From a virus, in the IMG/VR virus record IMGVR_UViG_3300001533_000699: a stretch of DNA of 64,000 bases. One strand, given 5' to 3'. Position numbers and translations under genes: made by a program. The notes beneath the pieces are model-generated. The model had not been told where the DNA came from. It did not search any database and saw only the letters and a list, made by a program, of their open reading frames with translations. This document shows positions 41,401-52,000 of this stretch, piece after piece (the first letter of the stretch is position 1; every line of letters starts with the position of its first letter).

Positions 41401-41969
41401 ACATTGCCATAGTCTTCGGCAAATTCTTGTGCTTGGGCAGATAATGTGTGCGTTAAACGATAAACGCCACCTTCTTCTTCTTCAAACTTTACAGACCAGT
41501 TTTCGCTATGTTCAAGTTGTAAACTGTCGTCTTCTATTACAAGAGCATCCTGAAGTTCTAATTGTATGCTATATTGTGAAGTATGTGTCCAACGACCCGC
41601 TGGAAAATTCACACTAGTAACACGAGCACGCCATTTACGCACAACGCCGCTACAACCAACTACTTCAAACCAATGATAGTCTTGTCCAATAGCAAATAAT
41701 TCCCTCATCCTATCTTGCATAGCCACAAGATTACTAAATGAATCACCACCAGTATCATCAGACGGATAGTCACTGCCTGTATAAAAATCTGGAGAAGAAC
41801 TAAAGTCCCATCCTTTGGTGCCAACTAAAGTTCCGCTTAAAGTAACTGTATGAGATGAGCCAATAATAGAGCCATCAGCCGAACGAATAAAGCTCTTACC
41901 GAAATCTAATTCGGGCGCTGGAATAATTCGTTTGCCATTATATAGAATTGCTGTTTGTGCTGCCATCAT
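38418..41969 (-). CDS. tail protein with internal 250-aa duplication
   Basis: Ser/Thr/Cys-rich beta repeats; YGFDA and DTGLGLV each occur twice, 750 bp apart. Confidence 0.65.
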   Translation of the reverse strand: MMAAQTAILYNGKRIIPAPELDFGKSFIRSADGSIIGSSHTVTLSGTLVGTKGWDFSSSPDFYTGSDYPSDDTGGDSFSNLVAMQDRMRELFAIGQDYHWFEVVGCSGVVRKWRARVTSVNFPAGRWTHTSQYSIQLELQDALVIEDDSLQLEHSENWSVKFEEEEGGVYRLTHTLSAQAQEFAEDYGNVHAGWQVAKTWVDTRLAGSDYTGNVPSTINNDIVFGSTGLNLVDYTAYDYTVERSIDEIGGTYSISETWTLAKDPVFKIWTTTLNQVRDGDTTVSIEGEFRSFLNRVSDTETDPTNANAALTAFNSWDAANSAYSLANTAYASHGCLTLSSCPVSRSITTTTELRGADTAFGQASRVVKFSYEFSDAASPADISLTTNVQTSLIGDCNTTVVINGNIQGHACGCDLTKFEQAQLAYNNINCDDEATSAYSGSGTLIKTSSSYTQNVTDGIIEFSCEFSDRGTEDGLREEKTTISWTCGELGSDGESKYKYSVDGSIQAYCSDVDIPEAPTPASYGFDATLRSTSVTTDEENRTVSWQYEWDDDTGLGLVDIVVEKSSGPENCDVIETKVSFSVEGNGCDSVSKLANAQSAIGSLSASLYAEPGSCQTYHNISTNRTQGTIEETYGFTTECDASVDITITTAIDNQYCDERESTTVEGNIVGNCFASGGAMVAAEAEFANYGVGAYATYGSLASSRISRNEKSGTISFTYDFREDTDVQEETITESWSCGDLASDGTSKTKYSVSGSIQGTCDGAMPSAPAPSTYGFDAVLTSRSVTSDADKKHISWQYDWDGDTGLGLVEITVDTSVGPDNCDVTNTTVEFSVTGTGCDSNTMIANARGALSSLDASDYAPSGSCQTSTQVRENLTRGSITKTYTFSTECDATLDLTITESYTTEECGEAQYNIEGQIQGLCFATGGAFAAAESLFGSHGVSAYSSYGCMVSSRVVKNERNGIINFTYDFKDCTSGYKHEQTVSVRHDEQGCCSEIVVSGTITPYCDASTGRAGQIAVTEAAWSTIAASLSSTASGLCSETIRLSGTQVTANKYNGQLTYTYTYKCCDTILSGVFDESITISREYGADVIAIVPILGRANGPLIQDKGTKTAEKFSVSIQATFPKECGVLTSKPSGITTEVEDIISGVSCSGSALNTYVESDRESWNPSTGRYTRDVTFVCEYC

Positions 41970-41982
41970 AAACCCCTATGTC

Positions 41983-43086
41983 TTACCATCCAAAAACATA
42001 TAGTGCAGTTACGCCACTATCATAATCAATAGTATCAGGTATTGTCAATGTACAATTTGTAGATTCCACATATGCCCCAGATATATATAGAGATGCATAT
42101 GTATTAAGCAATGCATTGTTCTGTTGCATATACAACGGTATGCTATCTGATGCATCATATATTCCATTAATATATAGGTCTAGCTGTTCAGTGTCTAAAT
42201 ACATGCCTTTGATATACAGGTTGGCATAAGTATTTACTGAACCTATATTTGGATTCATTACTAATGTCAATATGTCAGAAGTATCACCAACAGAAAGAGT
42301 ATATAAAATAGATGAATTATCATCTGATATCATTCCATTGATATAACAACTAGCAAAAGTATTAGCAGGGAAGGTTGTGTGGGGAATCACTAAAGTCAAA
42401 GACTCGTTAATATCAACCGTACTTAGAGTATACAGCGATATAAAAGTATTTAATTCACTTTTTCCACCAACAAATAAAGTACTATGAATATCTACACCGT
42501 CTTGCTGCAAATACATAGGCATCGCTTGGCCGTACGGAACAAACCCACTCCAAAAACCAGGGGCCTTTACATATAGCGTTAAGCTCTCTGCTATTTGCTC
42601 ATTGAAAATAAGTAGGTCTAAATGACCGCTCAAACGATTCATGCGCCCGTTCATAAAAAGCGTGTGCACACCGCTAAACGGAGCGGATGTTTGCGTGTTC
42701 ATTAAAAACAGGGGCATCTCCTGCTCATATGATGGCGGTCCCATATACAGCGGTATGGATGACTGAACACCAAAAGTACCAGCGGTTCCAGTTTGCAAAA
42801 ATAATGTAGCATAAGTATTGACTGCATTCACATGACCATGTATATAAAGCAAACAACTATTATTATGTATGCCTATACCATCTACATACAGAGACATAGA
42901 CTCATTTATTGGTACTATTCCCTGCATATATAATGACATGAAAGAATTAAGTGCGCAGTGTGTTGCTATATACAAAGGTATGTCTTCAGAACTACCTGGA
43001 GACACCTGAATATACAAAGACATACTGTCATTGCATGAGTCTACACCAGATAGATATAGATTAAGTACATCGTTAATGTCTGCCAT
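41983..43086 (-). CDS. repeat-rich structural protein
   Basis: many ~14-aa [ML]-x-L-[YF]-[IM]-x-G units. Confidence 0.6.
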   Translation of the reverse strand: MADINDVLNLYLSGVDSCNDSMSLYIQVSPGSSEDIPLYIATHCALNSFMSLYMQGIVPINESMSLYVDGIGIHNNSCLLYIHGHVNAVNTYATLFLQTGTAGTFGVQSSIPLYMGPPSYEQEMPLFLMNTQTSAPFSGVHTLFMNGRMNRLSGHLDLLIFNEQIAESLTLYVKAPGFWSGFVPYGQAMPMYLQQDGVDIHSTLFVGGKSELNTFISLYTLSTVDINESLTLVIPHTTFPANTFASCYINGMISDDNSSILYTLSVGDTSDILTLVMNPNIGSVNTYANLYIKGMYLDTEQLDLYINGIYDASDSIPLYMQQNNALLNTYASLYISGAYVESTNCTLTIPDTIDYDSGVTALYVFGW

Positions 43087-43094
43087 GTGTTTTC

Positions 43095-46000
43095 CTATGC
43101 TATACCAAAACCAGTATCTCTAATTCTGTCACGTAAACGGTCAATCTCAGGACCAACAACTCCCATAACCATTTCACTAAATGCATCACCGCTTTGTGTC
43201 AAGGTTTCGCCACCTTCTACCACAACAGTCACAGGTTGGTGAGTATGTGTTACTGAAATACGCACTTCTTGAGCCAACGCGTCACGAATTTCTATGGCAG
43301 CACCACGCATTCTATCAGCAGCAACAGCAAATTCTGCCACAACCGTTGCAAGTTGAGTTGCACTTTGACCAAAGGAGGTTGCAGCGCTATTGAAATCACT
43401 CATTGCACCACTTAATGCGTTGGCAGACTCTATCATACCAGTGTTTGCAGTTCCGAAAGCGGCACTGATGTTTTCTGGCAAAGCTTCCGAACTAGCACTA
43501 AACTCTGACATGGTTTGTTGTAATGCGCCAACATTAGTAGCAAAATCAGATGAAAACTTGCTCAACATACTATTGACATCGGCAGTGTTCAGACTAAATT
43601 CAGTAGGCATACCACTAGTAGCAGTTTCCCATCGTGATATTGCATCATCTAAGGATGAAGTTAGGGCGTTTAAGTCAGCATCTAGTTTGATTTCTGTTGG
43701 GATAGTACTGATTGAATCTTCAAGTCTAGTAACCACACCATCAAAATTATCAGGAAAGGCTTCTAGTCGTTGTGCAGCATCGCTGAAGTCGTTTACGGTC
43801 TTCGTAAACTCTTGAGTAAAGTTCTTCATCGCGCTCTGAGCATCATCTGCCAGTAATAATGAGTATGAGCCACCCGCGCTTGTAGTATTGCTTTGGGCTA
43901 CTCCACCGTCTTGATATCCTTGTACAACGCCACCTTTAGCAAGAGCTTGTACAACTGACCGAGACAATACAAATTCACCACCTTGCAGTACTGCTGGTTG
44001 GTTACCAGAACCAGAAACAAGGCCACCGGAATGGAACGTTTTTGCGTCTTTAGGAAGAAGTTCTTCAGAACGCATAATTTTAAAAAGTTGCTCTTGTAAT
44101 GGCTTTAGGCTTGACGTATGACTACTAAAAATATTAGCCAGAATTTCTTTGGGTCTTAGTGAATGAGCTGTTGGCTTACCATCACCACCGCTCATACTCT
44201 TACTGTAAGCATCAAGAACAGCAGGATTATTCAAAAAACTTTGTATAGCTTGATTGTCAGATACATGCATTGCGTTGTCTATTCCATGACCAAGTTCATG
44301 GCCAACAAAACGTCGCATTCCATTTTCAAATTGTTTTCTTGTTATTTGCCCATTCACCCATTGTTGATGTTTTTTATGTAAGAAATCACCAAGTCCAATT
44401 TGTTTCTTAGCGTCCATCCATACAGCAGCAACTTTTTTTAAGTCATAGGCTTCCTGCGTACGTTTTAACTCTTCCGGCGGAATATTACCAACAGTCACGC
44501 CAAACACAAAGTCTTGCATATTTAAAGATTCGCCAATATGTTGTAGCTGAGCATTTGCTACATCAAATATGGAGTCTGGTGTATTCAATTTCTGTCCAAG
44601 GTTTTCTTTTTTGGTAACCCAAGGTACATGCTCAAACATCTTATTTGGTTGGTATGCCTTACGTTTACGTTGCTCTTCTTTTAATAATTCTTGTGAACGA
44701 ATCCAGTCATCAATATCGTTGATTTCTGTTTTCAACTTAGGATTACCATATTGTTTATACAATTCATCGTATGTTGGTAGACTATTAGGGTCGGCAACCT
44801 TTTGAGTATATGTATGCTTATATTTAGCATAACCCTCTCTACTACTATGGAAAGCACTACGCTTATTTCTATCATATGCATCCTGTAAAGCCGCTCTTCT
44901 GTTTAGTGCTTCTCGTACCACATCCTCTGAATAAATTTTTGGTTGTCCCATGGTGGCACGACCCTCTTCCATAACGCGTTGCACTTCATCATATGTTTGC
45001 GGACGACGCTCAGATACCATACGCCCCATTTCTTCTGCAAAATGAGCTTGTGCTGTATCTGAAATGTTGATTGGCTGAGTACTACGAGCGGTATTACCAA
45101 TGAGCGTCTCACCACCAATACTTCCCGGCGGTAAGATTTCTCTTGAAGAAGGAATAGGAAGTGGGCCAACAGGACTTAGTTGAGGACTCATATCTCCCTG
45201 ATTACGTTGCGGCATGCGAGTATCTTTACGTAAATCTTGTATACGTCCACGCATCACCGGAGCATGAATATCTGCTTCTCTATTCAGTTCGAATACATTA
45301 TGGGCATTACGTCTTATTCGTTCGGCGTATTTACTATTTAATGATAAATCATGCGCTTCTTTAGATAGCGTAGGCGATGTATGAGTACCAATATTGGTCG
45401 CAAGATTATGATGTAATTCTCTAGGTTGGCTACCTAACAATTCACGCTGTCTACGATTCAACTTTCCTTGAGTATGCGCAATCACAGCTTGTTGGTCATA
45501 TTCTTTACTCTTACGTTGCTCTTCTTTTAATAATTCTTGTTGATATTCTGCTTCTAATAAATCTCTAATAGTCTTTTGTGAAACTTCATGTCCTTGAGAT
45601 TTTAATTTATTAGATATAATACCTTGTGCCATATTCATAAAAGAAGCACTGGTGCCAACGCCAAGCTGGGCAGGTATATCTTTCCATACTTCAGTATCAT
45701 CGAAAAAATCTGGTTCATAACGTAAAATTAAATCACGCAAACCAGTAGCAGACTGTCTATTTTGTCTAGGTATATAATGTCCAAAATCCTGCACCATATT
45801 ATGCATATCAGTTTTTAATGCAATATTACGTTGCAACTGCTCCCAAGCTTTCGCTGCTTCTTCTGGAGTTGCATCTCTACTGATAACACCATTTTCTGCT
45901 AAGATATTCATTCGTTGCATTGTGCGCGTACGATTATCATACTCTGCTCTAAGTCTTTGGTCTGTACTACGACCAGCTAACATCTCTGCGTTTTGAGCCT

Positions 46001-49000
46001 CTCGTCTACGCATTTGATGCGCTTGTAAATCAGCCATAGACTCAAATTTTGGCGTATGTGTCTCAACCGGAGGTCTATCGAACCCTAGAGGTTGTCTAGT
46101 ACGCGCTGGCGGCTTAGCATTAGCATCATACGCACCAGTACCACGTGTTGTTGGTGTAGTAGCAGTAACCGGCTTCTTCGAGCCATAAAGTAAGGCTTCT
46201 CTTTGAGCATCAAAAGACTTTATGCGTGAACGCATAGCGTCAAATCTAGATTGAGCTTGTGCTACAGAATCACCACCAACAATGCGCATAAGATTATCTT
46301 TGCGCTTTGCTTCTAACGTTGCTGCGTTATATTGTCTGCGGTGCTCCAAGTTTCTAGTGTAGTCTTGTTCAAAATCTTGTTCTAATTCCGCTCGTTGTGT
46401 GTGAATTGTCTCCATGCGAGCTTGTGATTCTGCACGAAGTTGATGCAAAGGTTTTTGTGGTGTATAGCCACGGGAACGAAAACGCGCATCGGTACCGGGT
46501 GGATAACGAGGCGTACTGATTTGAATGTTTGGTTGTTCTGCTATTGGAGGCTGAGCAGGGAAGGCTTCAGGGGTGATAGTAGAAAATGCTGTTGGTGTAG
46601 TAGGCAACGCAGCTTTACCAGAACCCTGTTCATAAGGTTTACCATTTACATATATCTCACCAGGAGTACGACCACTTGGTATGTCGTTCAATGGAGTTGG
46701 TTTTCTGGTACGTAAACGTTGTCTAATGCGCTCTCTCTCAGCAAGTTCTTCATCTCGTTTATTAGCCCAATAGGCTTCCTTGCTTATTGGCTTTGATTGT
46801 GTAGAATCATTTGTAATAGCTCTATCAGCATATTCTCTACGTTGATTTTCGTCTGGAAATGCTATTGCCATCGCACGAGCGCGAGCACGGTCTCTTTGGG
46901 CTTGTTCTTCTTCTCTCTTCTTAGTCCAATACGCTCTTCTATCTACTACGCCACCTTGAGCAGCATACATCGGCGTATCACCACTATTTATAGCCCGTAA
47001 AAGCTCCATGTTCTTTTGCGCCGCGCTTCTCTTAACAACAAACTCACCAGGAGTAAGCATAGCTGGAACTGTATCTGTACCACGACTTCTAAAAATAGGA
47101 CCGCCAGTGGCATGAGCTTCAGCTTCGCCGCCTACAGCACCGAGTTTTGTAAGCTCAATGTTAATTTCCTCAAGTCTAGTTGTGAAATTAGCCAAGTTGC
47201 TATTTAGTCTCTCAAGTTTGACATTATCCAATTCTTTTAGTGAAGAAGATAGTCCTAAAATATCTTTGCTATTGTTTATCAAAAGCTCTCGAAAAACACC
47301 AAAATTATTTTTATCATCACCAATAGTACCGCTTTGCATCGCTGCTATGTCTGTGTTGGCAGCTTTTCGTAAAGCATCACTAATCATTGCAGAAATTTCT
47401 TGGAACGCTTCTCTTGGTGCGATATCTAGGCGCTCTCTTAGGTCTTTGGCATATTGGTTATCGAATACATATGCCCCTTTGTCGTCTTTTTGGTAAATAT
47501 CGTCCTGACCATGTCTCTCAGCTCTATATTTTTCGTCTTGAATAGCTTTATAATCATCTCCATATTTTTGTAGTTTTTCAGCTATAGCTAAACGAAGATT
47601 TTTGATAACATCATCGCTAAGTAATCCTTCTTTATCCATTTTACCAAGAAAATCTTGGTTAGTATCACCCATTTTAGTCTTCAACACAGTAGCAAAATCC
47701 ATTTCGGGCGATTCCTTGGCGCGTTGCCATGCCTCATATGCAGTACTCATAAATCGCTTAGGATTAATTCCAGTAGCTATAATGTCTTCTGGTGTAGCAC
47801 CCTCACGAGTAATACTATAGCGGCTTTGTAGCTGGTCAAATGATACAGCACGACTATATCTATTTTTCGCATTATCAATAACGTCACTCTTTTTTGATAC
47901 AATCAATGCTATGTCCATTGCTGCTTTATCACTAATATTTAGACCAACACTGTCAGCCATTTCTCGTATGGAAGCAACAGACTCTTTTTGTTTATTGATA
48001 TCGCCAATACGAGACTTCAACACAAACTGCTCTCGTTTAAGAGTATCTACCTCGGCTTTCGCAAAACTATCAACTAATACTTTAGTGAAGTTTGTAAATT
48101 CACTACCCATTAGAGTAATAAATCTAGTATGCTCATCTTTCATTAAAGCCAAATTAGCTAATTCAGCCTGATGTTTTTCGGCATGCAGTCTCTTTAGATT
48201 GTCAAGCAAAGGCTTTTGTTCATCTGTAATAGTGCCTGGGGCTATTTCGGCGGCTCTTTCACCAAGAGTGGCACCAAGAAATGGCCGCAGCATAGCTGGC
48301 ATATTAACGCCATTACTAAACTTTAACGCTTCGTTTGTATTGAATATATTACCAGTCAATCCTTGACCTTGCTCGTCTACACCAAACATAAGCGCACGGA
48401 TATTGCGAAAATCACCCATAGATAAAGACCCAAGTGCTTGGCGACGTTCATCTGGTAATTTTTGGATATCTATGCCTCCATATGACACCGCAAGCGCATC
48501 ATAGATACTTGTCAGTATCTTTTGTTGACCTTCGTCACTCTCAAACATATATCGTTCCAAAAGGCCAAACTGACCTTTCTTTTCTTCTTCCAGTCTGTTC
48601 AGAGTTTGGCGAATTTGTGTTGCTTCATCTGTGGTGTTGGCTAATACGCCTAGCGCCATTTGCAATTTTTGTGCTTCTGTATTCAGAGCACCAAGCTGTG
48701 TTGTAGTCTCAAATGATGCTTTACGATTGGAGTCGTCTACGACTTTCATAGTCTGTCGTTTTTGGCTAAGTTCATTAATTTCTTCATTGACTCTAGATAA
48801 TGCACCACCTATAAGTTCTACGTCAAACGGGTCTGCGCCCGCTACTCGTGTCCCTTGCAGAACATCGGATATTTGGTTGCCTCGTGCTGCACGTACGCGA
48901 CCTGCTCCAAATTCATCTGTTGGCCATTGCTTCGTCAGTTCAAATATCTCTTGTCTGTTGCTAAGCTCTTGTCTAGCTAAATCTAATTGTTTGCGAGTCA

Positions 49001-52000
49001 TATCGGTTTCTAAACTGATGCGTGTCTTCACAGCCTTATCTAAGGCTTGCATCGCGTCTGTTTGACTATTAGCAATACCATCCCACTGCTTAAAGATTGG
49101 CTCAAACTCTTTTAAGCCCAATTCACGCAATACACCTGCTTCGTCGGTGCGCATTTGATTAATAAGTTTACCAACCCCAGCTTCAGAACCTTGCTTACCT
49201 ATCATATCTGTAATGCCGCCCATGATAGTATGCATTACCATTTCTTGAGCGCGCGTAATTTGCATTTTACCTGTGTCGTCTTTTGTTCCTAAAAGATTCT
49301 CAAATTCATCTTGAAATTGTCCAGACAATTGTTCTGGTGATAACGCAGTAGCACCACCAGCAACGACATTTCTAATCACTTGAGGAAGTTTATCTATAGT
49401 TCTAGCAATATCAAGTGTACTATTTAACATGTAGTTATCTGATGTAGAGCCAAAACCGCCACCAACTTGTCTCAAAGCGTCTTCGAATTGTTTAATATCA
49501 AACACGCCACCTTCTGTTATGCTCGCAAAGTTGCCGAACCCAGGCATACCCTTAAATTCTGGCATCACCACATCTCCGCGAGCCAAACCGGCAATACCAT
49601 CTAAAGCGTCACCAGCACGCTGTAGTCTCTGTACGGTTTCAGTCATAGCCGCATTAAACTGATTCAAAGTAGTTATCAAGGAGACAGCGCGCTCTCTCGC
49701 GCGTGTTTCTTTTTCCATAGACGCTCTAGCTTTGTTTCGTTCAGTAATTTCCTTTTGGATTTCCTGACGTATAGCGTATGTGCTGCTAGTTTTTTGTGAA
49801 GCCATATATGTAATGATTTGAGCACCTGCGGAAGTACGATTCTCAAAGTCGTCCAAGCTAGCCGCACTACTTATTAGCTCATCTTTGACAACTTGAACTT
49901 GCGGTGCCATACCACGTAATTCACGAGTAATAGACAATGCTGCATCAGTGTCTTTATCCGCTTCTGCTTGAAACTGTGCTGCGCGTAATGATTCAAGTGA
50001 TTTGCCTAATGTTAGCAATTCTTTAGAACCACGCGCGTCTACATTACCAGCAGCCAGACGGTCTAATGCGTTTCTAATATCATCTGACGATTCTTGAACA
50101 CGGGATTCACGATTGATTTTGCGAAGCTCTTTGATTTCGGCTTCCATACTACCAAACATACCATATAAACCACCTAGAGCACCACCGATACCAGCACCAA
50201 CAGCAGCACCAACAGCATTACCAATTACTGGGAATATAGAACCAACAATAAAACCAATACCGCCACCAGCAGCAGCCCCCCAACCAGCGCTAGACAAACC
50301 TCGCCCTGTTCTACGCTTATCTATGGCGTCTTGCATCTGCGCACTTGTGCGAGCATCTTTAGCCATCTCATGAGACTCTTTGCGCGACTGTTCGCCAAGA
50401 TAAATAAGAATACCCGATAATGCAGCTATGGCTGATGCAGTACCTAAAGCAGCAAGATTCAATCCGGTTAAATTCTTAGATAATGCATCAACATGACCAT
50501 ATCTAGTCAGAGACTTGACACCCATACCCATAGGGGTCGCTACTTGACGAAATGCGTGTGGTGAACCCATAACACTCTTTGGGCTAAACATACCTCGTAA
50601 GTGTGTAGACGCAACGCCTGCTTGTGCACCTGTTTTAGCAAAATTAGATAATTGACTAGTCAATCCCTGTACAACACCAAGAGACATTCGCATAGCATTG
50701 AAAGTGATAATCATCGTTGTGGCGCTTTGAATCCATTTTTGAGCAGCACTATCAGCATCTACCATTGTACTAGCAAAATTACCCAACATCATCGTCATAA
50801 ACATTGCTTGTTGTGCAGCTTGTCCAGCGTTGCCACTTGAAGCAACCTCCTGACCAGCGTTCACTGGTATTGGTGAACGGGCATATTGTGTGTTTGGAGT
50901 AGCAGCAGACATTCTACCCCAATGAGCAGCAGAACCGCTCTGAACTGCATATTTATCAGCAATCGGTTTAGCAACACTATACGGCAATCCATGGGCAGCA
51001 ATAGGCGGCATATTAGGTGGCATGCGTAATCCATCAGGACGCACTATGTCGCCTTGAGCATATTTATTAATGCGACGAAGATTTTCAACACCAAAAGCAT
51101 CTACAGCGCTCTTTTGTATTACAAATTCACCGGATTCTAGTAACGCGGGAACAGTATCTCCACTACCAACACCAGGAACAACACCGCCTCTAGCATATCC
51201 TTGTATTTTACCACGCCCCTCCATAATCTTTGCTATACGAACCTGTTCAGCTTTGGCTTGGGGTGCTACATTCTCACCGCCGAAAATATCTTTAGATAAA
51301 AAGTCACGACGAAGTCTACGCAAATCAGGGGAACTTCCAGCCATCATTCTAGCGAAATATTCAGAATCTGGTTGGTCCGATAAAAACCGACCAGCTTGCA
51401 AACTCATGCTTTTATATATAGACTTTTTAATAAAATCCACTTTGTCGGCTGTACTAGGTAATGCGTCATAAAAACTGCGCGAACCAATACCAGCTATTAA
51501 TTCATTAGGATTAGAAGCGAATGTTTGTATTAAATCATTGTCAGATTTTCCTTGAATGTACGGCAACATCATACGACGAGCTAAATGTTTGGTCAAAGCA
51601 TCAAACAAACGTTGTTTATTTTTCGTAATCCATAGATGCCACATATCCCCGCTTCGGTCAGAAGCATATCCAAGATTACCTCCAGCTTGTGCATCTGCTC
51701 GATGCGATAATTCGTGAAATACCGTGTCTTTTAATTTAGCATTATTTTTTATTAATTGCAAGTTAAGTGCAATCTCACCGCGAGGCTGATTAAATCCGCG
51801 TCTTGATGTCATGAGTCTGCGCATATCGTGCACATTAGTATTTCTAAAATAACCATATGCGCTGGCTTCATCCATATAATCATCTTTGTCAAACTCACGA
51901 ATATGAGGTAATCTATCCATCTCCTGTTTAAGCCCAAATTTTTTCTTATATTGCTTGGCATACTTATACGCAAGACGAATACGTGGGTCTGGTACCATAC

